A stretch of 64,000 nt of DNA from Macrostomum lignano. Its lineage: Eukaryota. The notes under the pieces were generated by a model. That model did no database searches, had not been told where the DNA came from, and worked only from the letters and a program-made list of their open reading frames with translations. This document shows positions 52,921 through 64,000 of the stretch, piece by piece; positions within the stretch are counted from its first letter, which is position 1; the number at the start of each line of letters is the position of its first letter. Position numbers and translations under genes: made by a program. Location: assembly GCA_002269645.1 (NCBI GenBank), contig NIVC01000304.1, positions 62,001 through 126,000 of the forward strand, read 5' to 3'.

Positions 52921-55900
52921 CCTATGGCCTAGCCCTAGACTAGAGTCTAGACATAAATAAGAGATATACTAGGCCTATGCTTAGGCCTACTATAGGCTAC
53001 ATGCATGATACATAGACCTTAAATTTCTAACTGCATTGCATTGTATCTTAATTTCTCATCTCAAAAGAGTCAACAAAGTTTAAAAAGTACCCCCAGCACC
53101 TGGAAAATTTGTCTATGACATTTAATGTAATTTTTATGTAGTAGGTTTAGGTTAAGCCTAGCTGCCTAGCCCGGCCCCTTGGTCTGGAAAAAAGATAGAA
53201 AGAAAAGTAGTACTGTACTATCTGCTGTACCGTGTCTTAGTTTCTGTGCTTTATTAAATTAAAATATAGGCCCCTAATACTAAAAGGCCTATAATGTGTT
53301 AATATTTTGACTGTGGTTGACTGGTTGTTACCATTGCAAGCTCTGGACCATACTTCTGAACGTTTTCTTTTGTTTCCGATAATTCGAAGAAAAATCAGTC
53401 AAACTAATGTAATGTTTGGCCTTTTTGCTATCCAAACACACAGCTGCTGAGAAATTTTCTAGGCCATTTCAAGGGCTTTTTTGGGCTTAAATAACAAGGG
53501 ACCTATGGCTTTTTGGCTTGCAAAATTTTTAATTCCGGGTTTGAAACTCCAAATCGCATTGCAAGCATTGAGCGCGTGTCACGACTCACAATCTATCTAA
53601 CATGCAGTTATCACAGCTAGAGGAGGGTATAAACAACTTATACTCATGTTTATGGATAATACTGGTTAGGGGTCTATGCCTCTCCAATCTGGAAAACCCT
53701 CTTTGCATTAGTTTTTACCACAAATATAAATATTTGAACCCTGTACTCAGCAAGCACTACTTAAGTACATGTCTGCTGGCGTTAGAATGCTCACGTCGAT
53801 TTTTTCAGGGTCAAAGCAAACTTTTGGAATTTTTAAAAGCGCTAGAAAATATATAGTTTTACTGGATCTTTTGGAGCTGTAAAATGTTGACATTTTCGGA
53901 TACGAATAGAATCAACCTACATGTAGGTTTCTCGATCATCTCTGACTGCAACCAGAGGAACGGTAGGAACCATGCACGATACTAACATGTAACTTGACCT
54001 CGTCGATGTTACCCGATTCGGTCTTAGCGTCGTCATAAAGAAGGATGTTTGTTGATTAAGTTAACTGGTTGCTCCATTTTGGGCTTGGGGCTCCTAACGG
54101 TTGGTCCTTATACATGTAAAAGGACAGAATTGTACATGTGCTGCAAAAATTGAATTAAGAACAGAAACTAGTACGCTCGTATGTGTAATGTATTTCTTGG
54201 CGGAAAATTGCTAGGTACTAACCAAATTTCCTATTTTTTTCTAATGGCCATCTTCCCTGCACAAAGGCTTCGGGGGTATTTTCGATCAAGCTCGGGATCT
54301 TGGCTCTTGCATGTGAGTAATTAGGACTATAATTTTCATGAACTAAACAGGCATAAATTAGGGAGTTTGGAATTTGTTAACTCACAAGTCAACCATTCAG
54401 TCCCTAAAGCTGCCAGTCCATGGCCATGTAGTCAGCAGACAGTTAATTAATATCATCAGTTAAAAATCGTACTATACATTAATTGAGATGCAGCAGAGCT
54501 GGTTAGCACCCTGGGGGTGGACTGCAGTATAGCTACGCCTCAGCGGGGATGCGATCAATGCAGTAGGACAGCTGCATAAATATATCGATAATAGCTATAT
54601 TGGTTTATTTACAGTATGCAGCTAGCGCATTCACGCACCCAGTTTACCGGTGCAAAGACGAGTCAAGAGCTCGCGTCCATCGTGCTGTACCGGTCAATAT
54701 TTTATCTGCCTTTGAAGGCAGGAATTTTTATGAATTTCCTCTCTCCCTTGTCCTTGTGGTTCAGTTTTTCTAACTCAATAGACTTTTTACTGCTCAGCGA
54801 TTTATATGCAGGCTAATAAACAATCGGGCTTGACCGGGGAGTCCTCATGCATGCATGCAGATGAAATGCGAGTATCATGCGTCCACCAAAGAGACAGGGC
54901 CGGGCGCCCACTCTACGAGCGCGACTACGCTCGTATTATATCTCTCGCCGATTTGCACAGAAAGCCCTTTTAGGCGAGCTCGATAATATTTGCTCCAGTT
55001 TAATTAAACTAAATGCATGAAGCCAACTCTTAATCTAGTCAGCTAATCACTGACTACACCACGTTGTCTACTCGACTAAATTGCAACTGCCTTTTTTCAG
55101 CTGCAATGAATATTATTCATGCACGTGTACCTGAGTACCGCAAAATATTGTTTTTGATCCTTATTACCGAAGTAAGAAGCTCGAGCCGCTGCTGCAGATC
55201 CTGTATACAGACTGCCCAGATCGATGGCGTCCAGAGGAATCCAGCGGGCGGGCCACGGACCTCCCCGTGAGCTGTTCATTTATTTCTCAAGAGGTTTCGA
55301 CGAAGGACTGCAGGAGCATTGACTTTTTCCACCTCTTGGACGTACCTCTTGGACCGGCCAACCAAGAGACAGAAGCGCTAACCAAGAAACACTGGCCCCT
55401 ACCAAGAGTATAGGGGCGCCCACCAAGAGACAGGGGCGCCAAAATGAGTATTAGAATGCTGTAGTCTGGCCTGCTTCACCACAGTCAGTATGCTAACAAC
55501 ACCGATTCAAATAATAATCCATGGCGACGCCCATGCATAATCTTTTGTCTTTTTCCAAGGCGTTGCTATCATCAATTGTGCTATTGCGTATTTGCAGGTT
55601 ACATTATAGTCCCTCACCTCTGCAAATTAATGGTTTGAATAAATAATGAAAGGTTAATATGACGCGAGAATTTAAGTTAATGACCAAGGTCACGAGTGCG
55701 ACTTTTCAGGGGTCGGTGCCTACTCTCTGATTCTTCAGGGGTGTGTCTGTGTCCCTACCCAGTGCTCGTAACCTTGGTCACTAACTTAAATTCCCGCTTC
55801 ATATTAGCTGCAATGAGTGAATTGTCTATGGCCGAAACAAGACTTTTAGTTAATGACCAGCCACTAGGCAGACGTGATTTCCGTGAAGTGACATTTCGAT

Positions 55901-56055
55901 CGATTGAAAGATATAGATTTTTTCATGCGGCTACTAGTCGATGGTTCCCACCCGCAAGTGGCGTACATGGCCGAATCGAGGAGGGTCAAATACGAGCTAG
56001 CGTAATTCAGTCAGTACATCATGTGTACTAATATTGAGTGGTATTGAACGTAACC

Positions 56056-56331
56056 CCCAAGGTCGGAAAAATCAAGAGCCAGATTGAGAACCTAGAGCAC
56101 GACTTCGGGCCAGAGGAGGGGAGAGAGGAGATGGAAGAGAGATGACGAAAGGAGAGGCGAGGGAATAAATGAGAAGAGAGGAGAGGAGAGGAGGGGAGAG
56201 AGAAGAGAGCTGGGAAGAGACAAACTTTGAGCGGGCCGGATTGCTGTTGTGAAGTTTCAAAGGATCCGAGGGCCGGATAGAGAGGCTTTACAGGCCACAT
56301 GTGGTCCGCGGGCCGGAGTTGCCGACCTCTG
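56056..56331. mobile_element. Short hAT-like MITE with a GA-rich interior
   Basis: Right end GGCCACATGTGGTCCGCGGGCCGGAGTTGCCGACCTCTG is hAT-MITE-like. Left end CCCAAGGTCGGAAA is an imperfect TIR. Flanks ACGTAACC / ACGTAGCC (8 bp, 1 mismatch). Confidence 0.6.
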
Positions 56332-56867
56332 ACGTAGCCAGGTCATCTCTGCATGTACTTGAAATGAAAATAAGATCTTACATTATCTATTTAATCCTAG
56401 TCTGTGAGGCAAACTAACATGGGCTAAGTCAGAATTCGTCACTACTCGTCTGGAAATCTGGAAAGCTGCTGAGCAAAACACTCTTTAGATGGCCGAATCG
56501 ATGACGCAAAAAATATTTCGAGTTTTAATTGCAACGTTCGTCTGACAGAGAGAGCCCCCCCCCCCCCGGAACAGTCTTCCCCTTCTCACCCAAGCTCTCT
56601 AATTGTGGAGTAATCTCTCACGCAGGCTGACTGCTCAAACCATCTGCTCCGTCAGAAATCCAGGTGGAGGCAGGTGGATGCCTGCTGTCGGAGAGTTTCT
56701 AAAACCGAACAAAAACCGAGAGCGGAAATTTCGCAAATCACTGCATGATTGAACTGCCGCGCCCACCTGCTGCGTTCTGCGTCTCTCGGCTTTCAGAGTC
56801 TTACCTTCGCTGAGACTGCAGGTCCATAGGAAAGAAATTTTCCTATGGACCTGCCTGGTGCTGGTGC

Positions 56868-57197
56868 TGGCGCCCCTGGTGCTGGCGCCCCTGGTGCTGG
56901 CGCCCCTGGTGCTGGCGCCCCTGGTGCTGGCGCCCCTGGTGCTGGCGCCCCTGGTGCTGGCGCCCCTGGTGCTGGCGCCCCTGGTGCTGGCGCCCCTGGT
57001 GCTGGCGCCCCTGGTGCTGGCGCCCCTGGTGCTGGCGCCCCTGGTGCTGGCGCCCCTGGTGCTGGCGCCCCTGGTGCTGGCGCCCCTGGTGCTGGCGCCC
57101 CTGGTGCTGGCGCCCCTGGTGCTGGCGCCCCTGGTGCTGGCGCCCCTGGTGCTGGCGCCCCTGGTGCTGGCGCCCCTGGTTCTGGCGCCCCTGGTGC
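56868..57197. repeat. 15-nt perfect minisatellite (GGTGCTGGCGCCCCT), ~22 copies
   Basis: Near-perfect tandem array immediately after a 16-bp-stem hairpin at 56818-56854. Confidence 0.97.
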
Positions 57198-59478
57198 GAT
57201 CCTGACGTGAATCACAGGACAGGCTAAATCGAACTCACTGATTCTGGGCCCATCATCTTTTCACAAAGTGAAAACAAAAGCTCTTTATAATTCTAGCTTC
57301 GCGCCCAGCATTAGAGAGAGGATATTCTCACAGACTGCGCTTAAAGCAAATAACTCAAATCTATATAGTTGCAAAAATCATCTCCATAGATCCAGAGAGT
57401 GCCTTCGCACCATCCGTTCATTCATCTAGTGCGCCTCTCCTCAATCTGGAGATATGCTCTCCCAGGCAAAATTCCTTTAGCAATATTAAACTGGATTCGA
57501 GCTGGATTTCATAGTCTGGCAGAGGCTGGCATAAAATAATATATAGCTAGTGCGCTACAGCCATATATCATCCGGATAAAGGATGACAGAAGAAGCGTGG
57601 CTTTGGTGCAACCCGTCTTATTCGACAATGAGAGAGAACGGAAAAGGCGTTAGTTGAGGCATCGCAGCTGCTCAGATAGGATATTCATCCTCTTTCTTGA
57701 CTCAATGATACTATAGTGGACACGATGGACTTTTACTTGGGCGCCAGGATTGTGTAAAATTTTATTTAAGGATAATCCGTGTATTTAAAAGTAGCTATGG
57801 TTATCTAAATTACATGCATTGTTTCGCATAAAATTGGCATCCACGTAGGGTAACCCGGCGTGATGCTCCTCATCAACTTTAACGCCAAAAGTTCGCTGCG
57901 AACTAAGCCAAGCAACAGCTTAATGCAGGATGAATTCGATTCATGGGGTGTACCAAGGCCCCCTGGCTTTTTGATCAGGCATGCACGCACTCTGCACCTG
58001 CTAATAATTTGCACGACAAGCCTCCGATTTCCGAGCACGAACTCCATCCGCAGCCCGCGCACGGCATCGAATCGCGGGGACTTTTGAAAAAACCAGTTTC
58101 GACTTTGCTCTGATATTTGAGCAATAATTAATTTCTATAGAGTATCCAGAGCAATTATTTATTAAAAGCGAACAGTTCATAACGCAGAAACTTTTTACAA
58201 AGAAGAGACACAGAAGAGGAGAGAGCCCAGGTATTTACATTCTGAGCAGCGCTAATTTGTGTTCATCATCTCACGGGCCTGTCAAAATTATTTCCATATC
58301 ATCTGTTCTCCGTGCTTTTTACTCATTGCAGGCAGAGAGGATGAGCAGGGGAGCCCAGGAGGATGCTGCTCAGACTGATGATGGCTCACGAGGAAGCTCG
58401 GCTCTAGAGCTGAGGGACTCACTCGAGAGGAGAATATAGAAAAAGCCACTCGGAGAGATTTCACGAAGGACTAATGCCCAAAAAAACCTGGCTCACCGAG
58501 AGCTGCATCAAGATTGCTCACTGCCAGTCATTCATCACTGCAGCACACACAGTATTACTGTAGCACGGGCAGAAATGGCCTTGCCAGCGGCAGCAGCATG
58601 CCTGATTAATCGCTCTGCAAGGGATGGTCGGGCGGTTCGCGATCTCCGCCATTACAGCCAGCTTGGACCGTCATTTCCGCTGTTGACAGAGCGAGAGAGA
58701 CGAACCAGAAGAATCCCTGGCCCGGGATGCGCGGGAAGGGACTTTGAATGACCCAAGCCGGAGAGTTCTGGATTGAAAAGCTTGGCCGAGAAACAACAGG
58801 TCAAAATATCCGGCTGGCACTGGTCACGCGCCGCAGTGATTCATCAGTGCCAAGTGAAAGCAATTTCAATTTGTTTGGCATGCTTGGCAGGACTCAAGAA
58901 ACAACAGAGGTCTCAAATGTTGAGTCACCCTTCAATTTTGTTTAATTTAGAAGCGGTCTGGCTTTTAGTTGCCGTCTGGCACACAATTATTTATTTATTT
59001 GTCAATTAATTGATCGACTTGAATAACACAACACAATTTCACACAATTGGAAACTAGAACTTTCACAGAACAAGACATGCACCTTCACTAGTTAAAAAGC
59101 TTCACAAACTAGAAACTTCGTGTCGTGAGAAAGTTGTTGCACTTTCAGAAAAGACTGTTCACTCGCTATAACTTTAACTCCGTAGACAATCTTAGCAACC
59201 AGTTCTATGAATTATGAATTTCACTTTCAATCACGGAGGAAAACAGTTCGAGATTCGAGACGTCTGGGGAAATTTCTAGTTTCTAATTTAGTTTATGAAA
59301 TGTCTGTTTGACTAAGTTTCTGGTTCGTGAAACTTTTTAAAGCGAATCCTGAATGCGGTGAGTTAATACCTACTATGTTGTTACTGATCTGTCCAGAGGA
59401 ATGGAGAGAGTTGAATAGTCAACTTGCAGTAACAGCAAAACTACAGAATAACTCTAAGGAAATGTTAGAACTCAACTT

Positions 59479-59985
59479 TCAAAGCTCCGTAACTTCGTAG
59501 TGCCGTTGAACTTGTTCCCGATGCAGCTCGCGCAGCTCTATCTGTTCCTCAGTTTCTACAGTTGGCAGCTGTCTGTACTGCAGTGGCTGCCGCGCCAGAT
59601 GCTGCTGCTGGTTATGCTGCTGATTCGCGCGAGTCGGCGACTTCGTAGCGTTGATTGTCTCCTCGTTCGAGTCTCTCTGGCCGCCAGCCTGGGCCGGGGC
59701 GCGTCGGCAGAGCAGCTGCTTGGCCACCTGCAGGAAGGTCGGGTTGGACACCAGGTAGATGAAGATGTTCATAGACGAGTCCAGGGTGATCAGCATGTTG
59801 GACCACTTCGACAGAGTCACTTCGGTGGACTTTGACAGGGCCTTGAAAGCGAATAGCAGTTTGGAGAAGAAGGCGGGCATCTCCAGCACAAAGAAGGTCA
59901 ATGCTAGCATGATGATCAGCTTGTCAGTGCCGGACTTGCGCCGAAGGTTGTGCGACTCGCGGAACCTCTGCCGGGCCCACAGGAC
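59479..59985 (-). CDS. Last exon (TM6-TM7 and tail) of a rhodopsin-class, probably peptide, GPCR
   Basis: Acceptor CCTTCACCCCAG| at 59985, then VLWARQRFRESHNLRRKSGTDKLIIMLALTFFVLEMPAFF (TM6) ... NMLITLDSSMNIFIYLVSNPTFLQVAKQLLC (TM7 N-x-F-I-Y plus helix 8). Upstream exons were not found in the window. Confidence 0.85.
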   Translation of the reverse strand, partial: VLWARQRFRESHNLRRKSGTDKLIIMLALTFFVLEMPAFFSKLLFAFKALSKSTEVTLSKWSNMLITLDSSMNIFIYLVSNPTFLQVAKQLLCRRAPAQAGGQRDSNEETINATKSPTRANQQHNQQQHLARQPLQYRQLPTVETEEQIELRELHREQVQRHYEVTEL

Positions 59986-60884
59986 CTGGGGTGAAGGATA
60001 GCGAAGATATTATAGAATGTGTTTACATAGAAATACGCACGCTTCACTGGCACGGCGCACCCCACAGTGACTATAGCCTGGCCATCAAAATTGAGATGGG
60101 AGCTGCTCCCTTTAAAATATCGCTAGAAAAAGTTCTTCAATCACGCGGACTACGTGATCCCTCCTGGGATCCTCCAAGATGGAAATCCTTGGCTGCGCCA
60201 CTGGGACAAGAAGGCTATTATTACTCGTACATCTTGTACAGTGCTGAGACTGTGGAAGGTGGCAACGCCATGTTGGAATTCGGATTTTGTAGTCACAGTC
60301 TATTAATAGATTTTTGATAGATTAATTAATTTGCCACTACGTGACTTTATTAGAAGTTTGCAGTAGTTAATGTGCAATAGTGCATTGATTTCTAGGCAAA
60401 TGTGTTTATAAATACGTTCGTTTAGCATTTTGCAGTCAGTTTGAACCCAGGAGCAGTTGACTTAATCCATCCAGACAGAAGAATTTCAATGAGTCAAACG
60501 ACTGACTGTTTAATCCCGAATCTCTCGCACGCCCAGTAGAGTCAGGTTGTGAAACAGCCGAGATGAAAATGAAGTTCAGATGAAAATTCAAGACAGGAGC
60601 GGAGTTTTACCCGAAAAAATATCAGCTAGAGGGTCTCGGACAGCCGGACGGCCGAACGGTCAGCTCTCTCCACTGGCGACAAACATTTTTCTAAGCCGGG
60701 TCATGCAGTAGTCAATGCTAACTAGATTAACTGAATCTCCCCTTGAGTTAGGCTTTCCCGACCCCTCACCTTTCGGTGTGAATATTGCTGCTGGGGACTC
60801 AGGTCCAGTATCACGCGGCTCGCATGGAATTCCCATCTCCGTTTGTTTTTTATGGAAACATCTGGAGCTGTCAGCATGTCTATA

Positions 60885-63830
60885 CAAATCCTGTGAATCT
60901 AGACAAATCCTGCCGAATCTAGACAAATCCTGCCGAATCTAGACAAATCCTGTGAATCTAGACAAATCCTGCCGAATCTAGACAAATCCTGCCGAATCTA
61001 GACAAATCCTGTGAATCTAGACAAATCCTGCCGAATCTAGACAAATCCTGCCGAATCTAGACAAATCCTGCCGAATCTAGACAAATCCTGCCGAATCTAG
61101 ACAAATCCTGCAGAATCTAGACAAATCCTGACGAATCTATACAAATCCTGACGAATCTAGACAAATCCTGCAGAATCTAGACAAATCCTGCAGAATCTAG
61201 ACAAATCCTGCCGAATCTAGACAAATCCTGCCAAATCTAGACAAATCCTGACGAATCTAGACAAATCCTGCAGAATCTAGACAAATCCTGACGAATCTAG
61301 ACAAATCCTGCCGAATCTAGACAAATCCTGCCGAATCTAGACAAATCCTGCCGAATCTAGACAAATCCTGCCGAATCTAGACAAATCCTGCCGAATCTAG
61401 ACAAATCCTGACGAATCTAGACAAATCCTGCAGAATCTAGACAAATCCTCCCGAATCTAGACAAATCCTGACGAATCTAAACAGATGATGCCGAATCTAG
61501 ACAAATCCTGACGAATCTAGACAAATCCTGCAGAATCTAGACAAATCCTGCAGAATCTAGACAAATCCTGCCGAATCTAGACAAATCCTGCCGAATCTAG
61601 ACAAATCCTGCAGAATCTAGACAAATCCTGCCGAATCTAGACAAATCCTGTCGAATCTAGACAAATCCTGCCGAATCTAGACAAATCCTGCCGAATCTAG
61701 ACAAATCCTGCCGAATCTAGACAAATCCTGACGAATCTAGACAAATCCTGACGAATCTAGACAAATCCTGTCGAATCTAGACAAATCCTGCCGAATCTAG
61801 ACAAATCCTGCCGAATCTAGACAAACCCTGCCGAATCTAGACAAATCCTGCCGAATCTAGATAAATCCTGCCGAATCTAGACAAATCCTGCCGAATCTAG
61901 ACAAATCCTGCCGAATCTAGACAAATCCTCCCGAATCTAGACAAATCCTGACGAATCTAAACAGATGATGCCGAATCTAGACAAATCCTGACGAATCTAA
62001 ACAGATGATGCCGAATCTAGACAAATCCTGACGAATCTAGACAAATCCTGCAGAATCTAGACAAATCCTGCCGAATCTAGACAAATCCTGCAGAATCTAG
62101 ACAAATCCTGACGAATCTAGACAAATCCTGCAGAATCCAGACAAATCCTGCCGAATCTAGACAAATCCTGCAGAATCTAGACAAATCCTGCCGAATCTAG
62201 ACAAATCCTGCCGAATCTAGACAAATCCTGCCGAATCTAGACAAATCCTGCCGAATCTAGACAAATCCTGTCGAATCTAGACAAATCCTGCCGAATCTAG
62301 ACAAATCCTGCCGAATCTAGACAAATCCTGCCGAATCTAGACAAATCCTGACGAATCTAGACAAATCCTGACGAATCTAGACAAATCCTGACGAATCTAG
62401 ACAAATCCTGACGAATCTAGACAAATCCTGCAGAATCTAGACAAATCCTGACGAATCTAGACAAATCCTGTCGAATCTAGACAAATCCTGCCGAATCTAG
62501 ACAAATCCTGCCGAATCTAGACAAACCCTGCCGAATCTAGACAAATCCTGCCGAATCTAGATAAATCCTGCCGAATCTAGACAAATCCTGCCGAATCTAG
62601 ACAAATCCTGCCGAATCTAGACAAATCCTCCCGAATCTAGACAAATCCTGACGAATCTAAACAGATGATGCCGAATCTAGACAAATCCTGACGAATCTAA
62701 ACAGATGATGCCGAATCTAGACAAATCCTGACGAATCTAGACAAATCCTGCAGAATCTAGACAAATCCTGCCGAATCTAGACAAATCCTGCAGAATCTAG
62801 ACAAAATCCTGACGAATCTAGACAAATCCTGCAGAATCCAGACAAATCCTGCCGAATCTAGACAAATCCTGCAGAATCTAGACAAATCCTGCCGAATCTA
62901 GACAAATCCTGCCGAATCTAGACAAATCCTGCCGAATCTAGACAAATCCTGCCGAATCTAGACAAATCCTGTCGAATCTAGACAAATCCTGCCGAATCTA
63001 GACAAATCCTGCCGAATCTAGACAAATCCTGCCGAATCTAGACAAATCCTGACGAATCTAGACAAATCCTGACGAATCTAGACAAATCCTGACGAATCTA
63101 GACAAATCCTGACGAATCTAGACAAATCCTGCAGAATCTAGACAAATCCTGACGAATCTAGACAAATCCTGACGAATCTAGACAAATCCTGCAGAATCTA
63201 GACAAATCCTGCCGAATCTAGACAAATCCTGACGAATCTAGATAAATCCTGCAGAATCTAGACAAATCCTGCCGAATCTAGACAAATCCTGACGAATCTA
63301 GACAAATCCTGCCGAATCTAGACAAATCCTGCCGAATCTAGACAAATCCTGCCGAATCTAGACAAATCCTGCAGAATCTAGACAAATCCTGCAGAATCTA
63401 GACAAATCCTGCCGAATCTAGACAAATCCTGCCGAATCTAGACAAATCCTGCCGAATCTAGATAAATCCTGCCGAATCTAGACAAATCCTGTCGAATCTA
63501 GACAAATCCTGCCGAATCTAGATAAATCCTGTCGAATCTAGACAAATCCTGCCGAATCTAGACAAACCCTGCCGAATCTATACAAATCCTGCAGAATCTA
63601 GACAAATCCTGTCGAATCTAGACAAATCCTGCCGAATCTAGACAAATCCTGCCGAATCTAGACAAACCCTGCCGAATCTAGACAAATCCTGCCGAATCTA
63701 GATAAATCCTGCCGAATCTAGACAAATCCTGCCGAATCTAGACAAACCCTGCCGAATCTAGATAAATCATGCCGAATCTAGACAAATCCAAACCATTATA
63801 AACAAATCCTGCAGAATCTAGACAAATCCA
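60885..63830. repeat. 20-nt satellite (GAATCTAGACAAATCCTGCC), ~145 copies
   Basis: About 3 kb of tandem array, probably in the GPCR intron. Confidence 0.98.
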
Positions 63831-64000
63831 AACAAATCCAAGCTGACATTATTTTCTGCTTTGAAGCTGGCTCAACAGTTTTTACTTTTACCCCGACTGC
63901 TTGCACGGAAGAAGCGAATGCGCGCAATTAGAAGCAATTTCAGAAATTATCCTCCCCCTTAGATTCCCGAAAATTTCTTTAAAGCCAGTACATTTTTATT

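Noticed and set aside
55696-56031. 111-aa plus-strand ORF
   Set aside because: No recognisable motif and no splice context.
56793-57215. PGAPA / GAGAP elastin- or collagen-like ORFs
   Set aside because: They arise from a perfect 15-nt DNA repeat with no synonymous variation. An exon cannot be fully excluded but is unsupported.
58257-58439. Possible plus-strand exon after TTTTTACTCATTGCAG
   Set aside because: Short, ends in a stop, and has no partner exons or homology recognisable by eye.

Overview
Eukaryotic (metazoan) genomic DNA with GC-rich exons, GT-AG introns packed with minisatellites, and AT-rich transposon-filled intergenic DNA. The style resembles a free-living flatworm such as Macrostomum, but that is inference only. 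Five protein-coding genes were reconstructed by hand, all on the minus strand and with consistent intron phases: (1) LRP2BP-like Sel1-repeat gene, 2376-5789; (2) Axin, 9668-14735; (3) a ~1273-aa type I membrane protein with two tandem, catalytically dead cholinesterase-like domains, 31077-40972; (4) a PHD+CXXC CXXC1/CFP1-like gene with an atypical CXXC and no C-terminal Set1-binding region, 44461-47136; (5) the last exon of a rhodopsin-class GPCR, 59479-59985. Mobile DNA includes a decayed MULE with a nested Helitron, two copies of a 4-bp-TSD MITE, a CpG-decayed RTE-type LINE, a CORE-type tRNA SINE, hAT-like MITEs and a fold-back element. There is also an orphan diverged 28S rRNA fragment spanning the R2 target site. 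The most notable signals are the double dead-esterase receptor and introns built from tandem copies of their own splice sites. No prokaryotic features or CRISPR arrays were seen. All coordinates were read by eye and may be off by a few bases.
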